Source: Pseudonocardiaceae bacterium | Lineage (GTDB): Bacteria; Actinomycetota; Actinomycetes; Mycobacteriales; Pseudonocardiaceae | NCBI GenBank assembly: GCA_041751815.1 | Contig: JBGSWT010000165.1 | Span: forward strand, 1-30,304 | Length of the DNA: 30,304 bases | Reading direction: 5' to 3' | Shown here: piece by piece, positions 1-7,696 of the stretch | Numbering within the stretch: position 1 is the stretch's first letter | How the letters are laid out: each line of letters opens with the position of its first letter | Translations under genes and position numbers: made by a program | The notes under the pieces: model-generated | The model's database searches: none | What the model saw: the letters and a program-made list of their open reading frames with translations, nothing else | Told to the model about the DNA's origin: nothing

Positions 1-414
1 GTGCTCGCGTTGGTGTGGCGTCCGTTGCTGTTCGCCAGCGTGGACGCCGACGTGGCCCGGGCCCGCGGTGTCCCGGTGCGCGGGCTGTCGGTGCTGTTCG
101 CCGTGTTGGTCGGGGTGGCCACCGGGCTCGCGGTGCCCACAGTCGGTGCACTGCTGGTGCTCTCGCTGCTCATCACCCCGGCCGCCGCGGCCGCCCGGGT
201 AACTGCCAACCCCGTCACCGCACTACTGCTCGCAACCCTGTTCGCGGAGGTCGCCGTGCTCGGCGGGATCGTGGCATCGCTGGCGCCCGGCGCCCCGATC
301 AGCGGCTACGTCACGGCGATCGCCTTCGTGATCTACCTAACCTGCCGGGCAATTGGTGCCGCGCGCCTGCACCGAGCCGGCCGCCCTCACCCCACACCTG
401 CGCACGCTCAATAA
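1..414 (+). CDS. Metal (Zn/Mn) ABC transporter permease, 3' part (ABC-3/ZnuB-like family), 5'-truncated by the window edge
   Basis: WRPLLFASVDADVARARGVPV and VGALLVLSLLITPAAAA are typical ABC-3 permease motifs; several hydrophobic helices. Confidence 0.85.
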   Translation: MLALVWRPLLFASVDADVARARGVPVRGLSVLFAVLVGVATGLAVPTVGALLVLSLLITPAAAAARVTANPVTALLLATLFAEVAVLGGIVASLAPGAPISGYVTAIAFVIYLTCRAIGAARLHRAGRPHPTPAHAQ

Positions 415-445
415 CCACAGTCTGGGAGTCTTCACACGCTTGTCA

Positions 446-988
446 CTACCAGACATCGCCATCCCGCCAGTCACAGGCCAGGTCCCCGTCCGGGGTCAAC
501 TCCGCGCTGACCGGCAACACGTAAATGCATCCCTCTTCCTCGGCCGTGCGCTCGATCCCATCGGGCGCGATCACCGAGGCCGTGCCCATCCACAGCTGCC
601 AGGCGCGGGCGGCGTAGAAGTCCGCAGCCTCCTCGGAGGAGCCCAGCGCACCGATCTCGTACCCTCCGCGGATCACCCGCTCCAGCGCTGTCATCAAGGC
701 TGCGCCGTGTCCACGTCGGCGGCGATCCGCGCGTACCGCAACGCCCTCGACATAGCCGGTGCGCAGCGCTCGCCTGCCATGCAGCAGCCGCCGCATGATC
801 ACCGAGCCGTGCCCGATCAGCTCCCCGTCCTCCCAAACAAGGGCATGCATACCGCCGAGAGCATGTTCATAGTCGTCGTCCGTGGCATCCCCGTCGAAGG
901 CCTCGTCGAGCAATACCCGAATCGCCTGCAGCTCTTCCGGGCTCAACCAGGCGGTGTGGGCGATCTGGACGTCAGCCATAGCGCCCAT
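446..988 (-). CDS. aac(2')-I: Aminoglycoside 2'-N-acetyltransferase, AAC(2')-I family GNAT
   Basis: EHALGGMHAL, RALRTGYVEGVAVRADRRRRGHG (acetyl-CoA motif A) and the C-terminal LACDWRDGDVW closely follow mycobacterial AAC(2')-Ic; alternative start ATG at 979. Confidence 0.9.
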   Translation of the reverse strand: MGAMADVQIAHTAWLSPEELQAIRVLLDEAFDGDATDDDYEHALGGMHALVWEDGELIGHGSVIMRRLLHGRRALRTGYVEGVAVRADRRRRGHGAALMTALERVIRGGYEIGALGSSEEAADFYAARAWQLWMGTASVIAPDGIERTAEEEGCIYVLPVSAELTPDGDLACDWRDGDVW

Positions 989-1042
989 CCTGGCGGCTTA
1001 GCCGGTCCCAGCCGCTAGAGGGCGGCTCCACCGTGGGACGCC

Positions 1043-1056
1043 TACGCTCAAGCGTA
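1043..1056. promoter_or_regulatory. Palindrome TACGCT-CA-AGCGTA between divergent genes; possible back-to-back -10 elements or an operator
   Basis: 6-bp arms with a 2-bp spacer; TACGCT fits the actinobacterial TANNNT -10 on both strands; the + strand copy ends 7 nt before ATG 1056. Confidence 0.35.
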
Positions 1057-1709
1057 TGGACACAGACGGGGCAGTGGCGAGCTCAGGGTGTTCGCGCATT
1101 GACGCGGGCGTGGAGCGCACCTTGGCGGAAGGCAGTGCCGAAGTAGAGATCGTCCTTGAGTACAACTTTCCCGGTGAATCCGCCGAGAGTCCACCGGAGG
1201 CGATGTCGACGCACTACCGCGGCACTATCGACTTTCGCAGCGACCGTGCCTCGCTGAAAGCAGGAGACACGTCACTGTTGCTGGAGGGCGCTGCCACCTA
1301 CCAGAACATGCCCGACGGAGTGTGGACGTACACCCACCAGAAGGGGCGGACTGGTCAGTGGACTTGCACCCACCCACGCTGGGCGCTTGAGGTCATTCGG
1401 CAGGGGTGCCGATTTGCTGAACCGGACAGCCTGTCCGATGTCGAGGTAGCGCTCGATCGCGATCGTGCGGCCGGACTGACGCATCCGGGGCTGAATCCCG
1501 ACTGGCAACTGCGCGCCAACACCGCCTTCGATGATGCCGGACGGCTGTCCCGTATCGAGATCACTATGGCCGGCTCAGCCAGCCCCGACGCGTGGATGCG
1601 GAACACCGTCGAATTCACCCGCTTCGATCAGACCGGCGCACAGATCGACCTTCCCGACAACAGTGTCCCTCTCGCCGGTTACCTGGGCATGGATTCGCCC
1701 GGGCAGTAA
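1056..1709 (+). CDS. Hypothetical protein, possibly LppX/LprAFG (LolA-like) beta-fold
   Basis: 217-aa ORF with alternating beta-strand pattern (RTLAEGSAEVEIVLE, YRGTIDFRSDRASL, FDDAGRLSRIEIT, VEFTRFD..IDLP); no signal peptide visible. Confidence 0.5.
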   Translation: MDTDGAVASSGCSRIDAGVERTLAEGSAEVEIVLEYNFPGESAESPPEAMSTHYRGTIDFRSDRASLKAGDTSLLLEGAATYQNMPDGVWTYTHQKGRTGQWTCTHPRWALEVIRQGCRFAEPDSLSDVEVALDRDRAAGLTHPGLNPDWQLRANTAFDDAGRLSRIEITMAGSASPDAWMRNTVEFTRFDQTGAQIDLPDNSVPLAGYLGMDSPGQ

Positions 1710-1745
1710 GCCGACGAAGGATGACGCCGGAGGCCAGCCGTCGAC

Positions 1746-1982
1746 GTACAGGACGAAGACATCATCGCCCTCGGTGGGTACCACCTTGAGGATGTCCTGG
1801 GATTTGAGGTGTTCTGCTGTGGGGAAGCAGCGCTCGAAGAACGCGACCTTGTCGATGTGGTCGTCCTGCGGGCTAGTGAAAGCGAAGTCCTCTGCGATCA
1901 ACCGGTCGGCGGCATCGCGGTCCTGAGCAAGATAGCTCTCAAAGACAGCCCGAACGACGTCGACGTTAGTAAGCGCGGGCAA
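1746..1982 (-). pseudogene. 3'-truncated SnoaL/NTF2-family gene
   Basis: RBS GGAGGA plus TTG start; NVDVVRAVFESYLAQDRDAADRLIAEDFAFTSPQDDHIDKVAFFERCFP is NTF2-like; family-like sequence stops after DDVFVLY (~1746) and the ORF then runs antisense into the 1056-1709 gene. Confidence 0.6.
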
Positions 1983-2156
1983 CGTGTCCTCCGTGTCTTG
2001 GCTTTATTCTCCGCATACCCACTGGTGTAGACGTGCTGGCACGGCGAAACTCATCGACGGACCCCGACGGACGTCGCGGCAATGATGATCCGAGGGTGAC
2101 AGCGTGACCAGGGGCGTACCCGCGGGCCGAAGAGTCGAGTTGGGCAGAATCCCCCC

Positions 2157-2723
2157 GTGCCTACCCACGTCGCGCTGCTACGCGGCATCAACGTCGGCGG
2201 CCGCAACCGCGTCGCCATGGCCGACTTGCGCGCAATCGTCACCTCCCTCGCACACGCCGACGTGGCGACCTACATTCAGAGCGGCAACGTGGTGTTCACC
2301 AGCACACAGACCGACAGCTCAGCGATCGCCGCGGCTCTGGAGCAGGCCATCGCCGAGTCCCTCAGCGTACGGCCCAAGGTCGTGGTGCTGTCCCGCGCCG
2401 AGCTGGCGCAGGTGGTCGCGGACAACCCCTACCCCGACGAGAACAACCCCAAATGCCTGCACGCCGCGTTCAGCAGCGAGCGCATCGGACCCGACCAGCT
2501 CGCCGCTATCGCCACCGCCCAGCAGCGGGCGACCGACAGGGGCAGCCGCGACGAGGCAACAGTGGTCAGCTGCACCCTTTTCCTGCATACCCCAGACGGC
2601 CTCGGACGCAGCGAGTTGGCCGCACAACTGGCTCGAACGTCGGGTCCACTGGCCGCCACCGGGTCAGCCACGGTGCGCAACTGGGCCACCGTGACGAGGC
2701 TGCTGGCCATGTGTCAGGCCTAA
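2157..2723 (+). CDS. DUF1697 domain protein
   Basis: N-terminal HVALLRGINVGGRNRV, TYIQSGNVVF and C-terminal TVRNWATV signatures. Confidence 0.9.
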   Translation: MPTHVALLRGINVGGRNRVAMADLRAIVTSLAHADVATYIQSGNVVFTSTQTDSSAIAAALEQAIAESLSVRPKVVVLSRAELAQVVADNPYPDENNPKCLHAAFSSERIGPDQLAAIATAQQRATDRGSRDEATVVSCTLFLHTPDGLGRSELAAQLARTSGPLAATGSATVRNWATVTRLLAMCQA

Positions 2724-2737
2724 CAAGGGCTCCCCTA

Positions 2738-2894
2738 CGGCGTGTCCCGCAGATCTCACACTTGACACTCACTCTCGGGTTCCCCAACTCAGCAGCAGAG
2801 CTGTCCCGGGCCGACCGAACAACCCTGCTGAGCTCGGGGAGCTGAGAGCGCTCAAGTCGGCCACGGACCCGTCCGTGATCCGCGGGACACGGTC
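2738..2894. mobile_element. 157-bp MITE-like / internally deleted IS (IS5-family-like ends)
   Basis: Terminal inverted repeats CGGCGTGTCCCGCAGATC (2738-2755) and the reverse complement of 2877-2894, GACCGTGTCCCGCGGATC, match 14/18 (14 of the inner 15); TA on both flanks (2736-2737, 2895-2896); no transposase ORF inside. Confidence 0.6.
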
Positions 2895-3031
2895 TAATGC
2901 GAGCGCTCGGCTGGTCTCGATGATGTCGCCGGCACTCAATCAAGGCCGCAACCGATGATTTCTGGCCGACCGCGCGGTCTAACCCGATGTTGCTGCTCCC
3001 ACGACGGAATGCGCACTTCAAGGAGCCACTG

Positions 3032-3616
3032 ATGACCGCGATGTTTGACCTCGGGCCAGCGGCCCGCCAGATGGCCAGTCTACTGGACGGAATCACCGAC
3101 GAGCAGCTCACGGCACCGACGCCGTGTGGCGAGTACTCCCTCGGTGATCTCATCGACCACATCAGCGGGCTGTCCCAGGCCTTCACCGCTGCCGCCGCCA
3201 AGGACATCGGCCCGGAAACGTCACAGGGTCCCTCCGCCGAGGCCGGGCGATTGGATGGCGACTGGCGCACTCGCGTCCCCGGGCGGCTTATCGAACTCGT
3301 CGAGGCCTGGAGTAAGCCTGAGGCCTGGGAGGGGATGACACAGGCCGGCGGCATCGACTTGCCCGCAGACATGGCAGGCAAGGTCGCGCTGAACGAGCTC
3401 GTCATCCACGGCTGGGACGTCGCCCGTGCTAGCGGACAGCCGTTCGATTGTGACCCGCAGTCGCTCGAGGCGTCCATGGAGTTCGTGTCACTGATGTCCA
3501 CACCGGAGGGCCGCGAAGGTCTCTTTGGCCCGGCCCTCGACATTCCTGCCGACGCTCCGCCACTTCCCCGCGTCCTCGGTCTGAGCGGGCGCGACCCTTC
3601 GTGGAGGGCCACCTGA
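3032..3616 (+). CDS. TIGR03086-family metal-binding protein (DinB/MDMPI superfamily)
   Basis: RBS AAGGAG then ATG 3032; LTAPTPCGEYSLGDLIDHI and NELVIHGWDVARASGQ metal-His motifs. Confidence 0.85.
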   Translation: MTAMFDLGPAARQMASLLDGITDEQLTAPTPCGEYSLGDLIDHISGLSQAFTAAAAKDIGPETSQGPSAEAGRLDGDWRTRVPGRLIELVEAWSKPEAWEGMTQAGGIDLPADMAGKVALNELVIHGWDVARASGQPFDCDPQSLEASMEFVSLMSTPEGREGLFGPALDIPADAPPLPRVLGLSGRDPSWRAT

Positions 3617-3617
3617 G

Positions 3618-4223
3618 TTAGGAGGTGGACAAGGTAGCCGCGGAGAGGTTCCAGTAAATGATCACCGGACAGTCGTGCTCGTAACCCAGCGCGGATACCG
3701 ATCCGGCGGACAGGGCCAGCAGTGCACCGCCCTGCGGGTGCAACCCGAGCCAGCGGGCGGCCAGTACCCGAAGATCATGCCCATGCCCGACCAGCGCGAC
3801 GTCCCGGCCCGCCCGCAACGTGGGCCGAACCCGGGTCAGTACCCGGTCAGCCCGCTGCGCGACCTGCTCAGGCGTCTCGCCCGGGGTCGCTCCGGCCGGT
3901 ACCGGATCCGCCCAGATCCGCCAGGGCCGGCCCAACTCGGCGCTGATCTCCGCTGTCGTGCGTCCCTCGTAACCGCCGTAATCCCACTCGGCGAGGTCAG
4001 GCTCCACCTCGGGATCCGGCCAACCCAGCAACTCGGCCGTGCGCCTGGCACGCAGCCGGGGGCTGGTCAACACCAGCCCGAACCGGTCGCCGTCGAGCAG
4101 CGGTCGAAGCTGCGAAACCTGGCATTCCCCGCTGGGCGTCAACGGTACGTCGGTCACTCCGGTGTGCTGTCCGGTCGCACTCCACTCGGTCTCACCGTGC
4201 CTGATCAGCACCAGCTCGCTCAT
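3618..4223 (-). CDS. Histidine phosphatase (phosphoglycerate mutase-like) family protein
   Basis: LVLIRHGETEWS catalytic RHG motif, LAEWDYGGYEG and LVGHG; start placed at MSELV (4223). Confidence 0.9.
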   Translation of the reverse strand: MSELVLIRHGETEWSATGQHTGVTDVPLTPSGECQVSQLRPLLDGDRFGLVLTSPRLRARRTAELLGWPDPEVEPDLAEWDYGGYEGRTTAEISAELGRPWRIWADPVPAGATPGETPEQVAQRADRVLTRVRPTLRAGRDVALVGHGHDLRVLAARWLGLHPQGGALLALSAGSVSALGYEHDCPVIIYWNLSAATLSTS

Positions 4224-5247
4224 CTCGGCTCCCATCCACGGCCACCCGCGCAGCCAATTGAACACCCCCCGTCAGGTTCGATAGCCAGGTCAGGGTGCGG
4301 CCATGTGGATGGGCCAGGGCGAGCACGTGTTCGTTGAGGGACACCACGAAGCGTCCGTTGACGTCGGTGCCTTCGGGGATCTGATGGGCGAGACGCGGTA
4401 GAACCTTGTGACCTTCGGCGCCCAGGCGGTGTGCGCCATGCCGGGCCGGCGTCGCTGCGAAGGCATCTCGCTGGTGCTGCTCAACCTGGGACAGCGTGGC
4501 GCTGTGCATGACGACAACGGTGGCATCACTGGGGGCGTCCTCCAGGAGTCTCGGCAAATCAAAGACGAGGTCGCCACGGTCGATGCGCGGAGCCACCGCA
4601 GCGGCGACGTCCAGGGCGGCGCACAGGGTGCGGGCGCGGTCGTGGTGCTCGGGCCACACCAGGCACTGCAGCCAGCGCCGGGCGTCCGGGTCCCGGGCAT
4701 TGATCGGGTTGAGGTCCAGTCCGACCCGCCAGACGATGTCCGGCACCGTGCCGGGCAATGGCACCCGGCCGTCAACGGCGCAGGACACGGTGACCGGGCT
4801 GTCTGCCGGACCGACCCAGTGGTCGACTCCGGGGCCGGTGTAGTGGTAACGCCACACGTCGTAGAGCAGGCATAGCCCTGCGCTGGCGCCGACCTCGATC
4901 AGCGCGACCGGCCCGGGCAATTGGGCTAGCGCCGGCAGCAGCGTCGCGCAGCGGGCGACCTCATTGGTCTGCGTCCGCCGGGTTCGCATGACCTCCAGCA
5001 CCGCTTCCGGATGCGCATGCAGCCGTGACAGCGCTACTGGTGGATCGGCGACGTCGACGTCGTTCCAGCGCAGAGCACCGAAGAGCAGGTTGGGTTGACG
5101 CTTGGCCGGCTCCATCAGCTCCAGGAGCGCGAGAGCGGCGGCGTCTTCGGCGACGGCCAGCGCGAGCCGCTCGTAAATGCCGGACGAACCCCGTGCCTCG
5201 GTCTGCGCCCAACGCCGGTACCGGTCGGCGGTCTCTGCTGCGCTCAT
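4192..5247 (-). CDS. DUF2332 domain protein
   Basis: RQPNLLFGA, RRTQTNEVARCATLL, LIEVGASAGLCL, LQCLVWPEH and AHPHGRTLTWL motifs; C-terminus extends over the start of the next gene. Confidence 0.8.
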   Translation of the reverse strand: MSAAETADRYRRWAQTEARGSSGIYERLALAVAEDAAALALLELMEPAKRQPNLLFGALRWNDVDVADPPVALSRLHAHPEAVLEVMRTRRTQTNEVARCATLLPALAQLPGPVALIEVGASAGLCLLYDVWRYHYTGPGVDHWVGPADSPVTVSCAVDGRVPLPGTVPDIVWRVGLDLNPINARDPDARRWLQCLVWPEHHDRARTLCAALDVAAAVAPRIDRGDLVFDLPRLLEDAPSDATVVVMHSATLSQVEQHQRDAFAATPARHGAHRLGAEGHKVLPRLAHQIPEGTDVNGRFVVSLNEHVLALAHPHGRTLTWLSNLTGGVQLAARVAVDGSRDERAGADQAR

Positions 5248-5296
5248 GCAGCCATCTTCGCCAATCCCCCGATGCGAGACTCCGCAAGAGTCGACG

Positions 5297-5752
5297 TCAA
5301 GGAGCGAGCAGTCGCCGGGGGCCAGCGCCGTACTTGCTCAGCTCGTCGTAGGGATTGGCCATCCGGCAGCGGTCGATGGATAGGCAGCCGCATCCCACAC
5401 AGTCGGTGAAGTCGTCACGGAGCTGCTGGAGATGGCGAATCCGCTGGTCGAGTTCGGCTTGCCAGCACTGGGATATTCGTTGCCAGTCGCGGCGGGTGGG
5501 CGTCCGGCCATCAGGGAGCAGTGCGAGCACCGCGGCGACCTCGGCCAGCGGGATCCCGACTCGCTGGGCGATGCGGATCAGCGCCACCCGCCGAAGGACG
5601 TCCCGCTTGTAGCGGCGCTGGTTGCCCGACGTCCGCCGGCTGCTGATCAGGCCTTGGCGCTCATAGAAGTGCAGCGCCGACACCGCCACACCGCTACGCA
5701 CCGCGAGTTGCCCGACGGTGAGCTCAGCCTGGTCCCACCTGGCTTCCTCCAT
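5297..5752 (-). CDS. soxR: Redox-sensitive transcriptional activator SoxR (MerR family, 2Fe-2S)
   Basis: LTVGQLAVRSGVAVSALHFYERQGLI..RTSGNQRRY HTH and the CVGCGCLSIDRC Cys cluster; real start ATG 5752 lies within the long 5297-6397 ORF. Confidence 0.95.
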   Translation of the reverse strand: MEEARWDQAELTVGQLAVRSGVAVSALHFYERQGLISSRRTSGNQRRYKRDVLRRVALIRIAQRVGIPLAEVAAVLALLPDGRTPTRRDWQRISQCWQAELDQRIRHLQQLRDDFTDCVGCGCLSIDRCRMANPYDELSKYGAGPRRLLAP

Positions 5753-5777
5753 GGCCGCAAACTCCTCACATGTCAAC

Positions 5778-5808
5778 TTGACCTCAACCATAGTTGAGGC
5801 TATAGCGT
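5778..5808 (+). promoter_or_regulatory. SoxR-type promoter with SoxR box
   Basis: -35 TTGACC (5778-5783), 19-bp spacer, -10 TAGCGT (5803-5808); dyad CCTCAAC-CATA-GTTGAGG (5782-5799) resembles the E. coli SoxR site CCTCAAGTTAACTTGAGG. Confidence 0.9.
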
Positions 5809-5815
5809 CACCGCT

Positions 5816-6364
5816 ATGAACCCCACTGGAGCCATGTCTGCGCTCGCGGTCATCGTGGGCAGCATTCGGGAAGGCCGGTTCGGGCCCGTCGTAGCCGACT
5901 GGTTCGTCGGGCAAGCCAAGCAACGCGACGACCTGAGCGTCGACGTCATCGATCTCGCCGACACTCCGATTCCCAGCGTGAGCTTCGCCTCCCGGATCGG
6001 TGCCGCCGACGCGTTCGTCGTCGTCACCCCCGAGTACAACCACGGCTACCCCGGACCGCTGAAGGCCGCGATCGACTCGGTGGGCCGGGAATGGCAGGCC
6101 AAACCGGTCGGCTTCGTCTCCTACGGCGGCCTGTCCGGTGGGCTCCGCGCGGTCGAGCAGCTGCGCATCGTGTTCGCCGAACTCCATACTGTCACCATTC
6201 GAGAGACGGTGAGCTTCCACGGAGCACGCCAGCGGTTCGACGAGCATGGGGCTCCCCGCGATCCCGATGCGGTCAACACCGCCGCCAACGCTCTCCTGAA
6301 CCAGCTGGCCTGGTGGGCGAACGCGCTCCGACATGCCAGAGCGGCTCGCCCCTACGGCACGTGA
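5816..6364 (+). CDS. NAD(P)H-dependent FMN reductase (flavodoxin-like), probable SoxR target
   Basis: GSIREGRFG FMN-binding loop, TPEYNHGYPGPLKAAID, KPVGFVSYGG..GG.RAVEQLR. Confidence 0.9.
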   Translation: MNPTGAMSALAVIVGSIREGRFGPVVADWFVGQAKQRDDLSVDVIDLADTPIPSVSFASRIGAADAFVVVTPEYNHGYPGPLKAAIDSVGREWQAKPVGFVSYGGLSGGLRAVEQLRIVFAELHTVTIRETVSFHGARQRFDEHGAPRDPDAVNTAANALLNQLAWWANALRHARAARPYGT

Positions 6365-6412
6365 TGTAGCCCGCAGCCCGGGCCAACCAGCCAGCATCGG
6401 AGGTACGGATCA

Positions 6413-7108
6413 GTGAAGGTGCTTTTCGTGCACGGTGCTCTGGTCGGCGATGCGCAGTGGTGGTGGCACCGGATGGTCGAACCCCTCACCCGGCGCGGCC
6501 TGTCCACCGGGGCGGTCGTCCTTCCCAGCTGTGAAGGGGCACCCGGCGAACTCGGAGACATGTACGCCGACGCCGCTGCGGTCGTCGACGCGGTGGCCGC
6601 TGCGGAGGGACCGGTCATCTTGTGCGGGCACTCCTACGGCGGCACCGTGATCACCGAAGCCGGCGCAGGTCAACCGAATGTCCGGCATCTGATCTACATC
6701 ACCGCGGTGTTGCCGGAGCTTGGTCAGTCGCTCGCGGACGCTGTCGGCGGCGGGCCAGCTCCCTGGGTGCACCTGCAACCGGACGGCACCGCAGTCCTGT
6801 GCTCCGACCAGTTACGGGAGCTGTTCTTCGCCGACTGCGACGATGACACCTTCACTCAGGCCCTCACCAGAGCTGCCCCGCAGCCCCTGGCGGCATTCGG
6901 GCAGCCGGTGCGTCAGGTGGCCTGGCGTGAGATCTCCTCGACCTTTGTGGTGTGCACCGAGGATCGCGCGATACCAGCGGCCGGCCAACGCGCGCAGTCC
7001 GCGAAGGCCACCCGAACCGTCGAGCTCGCCTGCGGGCACCACCCGTTCCTGTCGCAGCCAGAGGCACTGGCACAGATCATCGCCGACGCGGCTGACGCGC
7101 TGCGCTGA
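6413..7108 (+). CDS. Alpha/beta hydrolase (Abhydrolase_6-like)
   Basis: FVHGA oxyanion motif, GHSYGG nucleophile elbow, EDRAIP acid and C-terminal GHHPFLSQP His. Confidence 0.9.
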   Translation: MKVLFVHGALVGDAQWWWHRMVEPLTRRGLSTGAVVLPSCEGAPGELGDMYADAAAVVDAVAAAEGPVILCGHSYGGTVITEAGAGQPNVRHLIYITAVLPELGQSLADAVGGGPAPWVHLQPDGTAVLCSDQLRELFFADCDDDTFTQALTRAAPQPLAAFGQPVRQVAWREISSTFVVCTEDRAIPAAGQRAQSAKATRTVELACGHHPFLSQPEALAQIIADAADALR

Positions 7109-7142
7109 CGATCGGCAACGGCATCGTGAGGGTTCGCGTGGG

Positions 7143-7436
7143 TTACGATTGTTCCCAGGTCAATACGGTGTTGAGCACATTCAGCGCGTCGCCGGTAGCG
7201 CGGCGTTGGACCAGAGCGCTGCCTGGCACGGCCAATGAAGTTTTTCGCTCGCGCAGCGCATAGCAGCCCCGGCTGAACCCATCGAGATAGACGGTGTCGA
7301 TCCATTCGCCTGTGTGCCGGGTGCCTAGTAGCGCTCCGTCGGGGCCTTCAGCAACGCGCTGGAACTGGAAGCCCTGCACCTTAATGTGGTCGAGCAGCCG
7401 TTTGGCGATCACGAGGTCGGGACCATCGGTTGCCAT
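7143..7436 (-). CDS. Small hypothetical protein divergent from the XRE regulator
   Basis: RBS GGAGG before ATG 7436; 97-aa globular-looking ORF. Confidence 0.6.
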   Translation of the reverse strand: MATDGPDLVIAKRLLDHIKVQGFQFQRVAEGPDGALLGTRHTGEWIDTVYLDGFSRGCYALRERKTSLAVPGSALVQRRATGDALNVLNTVLTWEQS

Positions 7437-7534
7437 AACGAGCCTCCCGTACCTCCGTTGCTGGCTCCGTATGGAGCTGCCCCTGCGTGGTCAGCGACCA
7501 TCGCTTCATCGGTCACCAGGTGCACGATCACCAT
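7409..7534 (-). CDS. Possible 41-aa small protein or remnant (MVIVHLVTDEAM...), absent from the ORF track
   Basis: Strong RBS GAGGAGG upstream of ATG 7534; overlaps the start of 7143-7436. Confidence 0.3.
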   Translation of the reverse strand: MVIVHLVTDEAMVADHAGAAPYGASNGGTGGSLWQPMVPTS

Positions 7535-7696
7535 CTGCGACCCTCCTCCTCGGGTGCGACGCCAACCCCCGCCCGTTCCACGTGTTGGAGGACGACGCTA
7601 CGGCCGACCGGGGACTGCCAGTTGTACGGAATGTGTGACTTGACGTTGGTTACGCTGACACCGACAGCAACCTGCAGCGACCGGAACGGGCGGACC

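Noticed and set aside
2830-2905. TPP-riboswitch-like words (GGGGAG, CTGAGA, GACCC, TGATC, TAATGC.AGCG)
   Set aside because: Lacks GAACCUGA and the closing AGGGA, the downstream gene is not thiamine-related, and the MITE inverted repeat explains part of the pattern.
4192-4290. DUF2332 C-terminal extension overlapping the phosphatase start as a programmed fusion or read-through
   Set aside because: The two genes are in different frames with no slippery site; most simply a lost or shifted stop codon.
5753-6397. N-terminal 214 aa of the 366-aa minus-strand ORF 5297-6397
   Set aside because: Antisense of the FMN reductase and promoter; only 5297-5752 is SoxR, so this is not a fusion.
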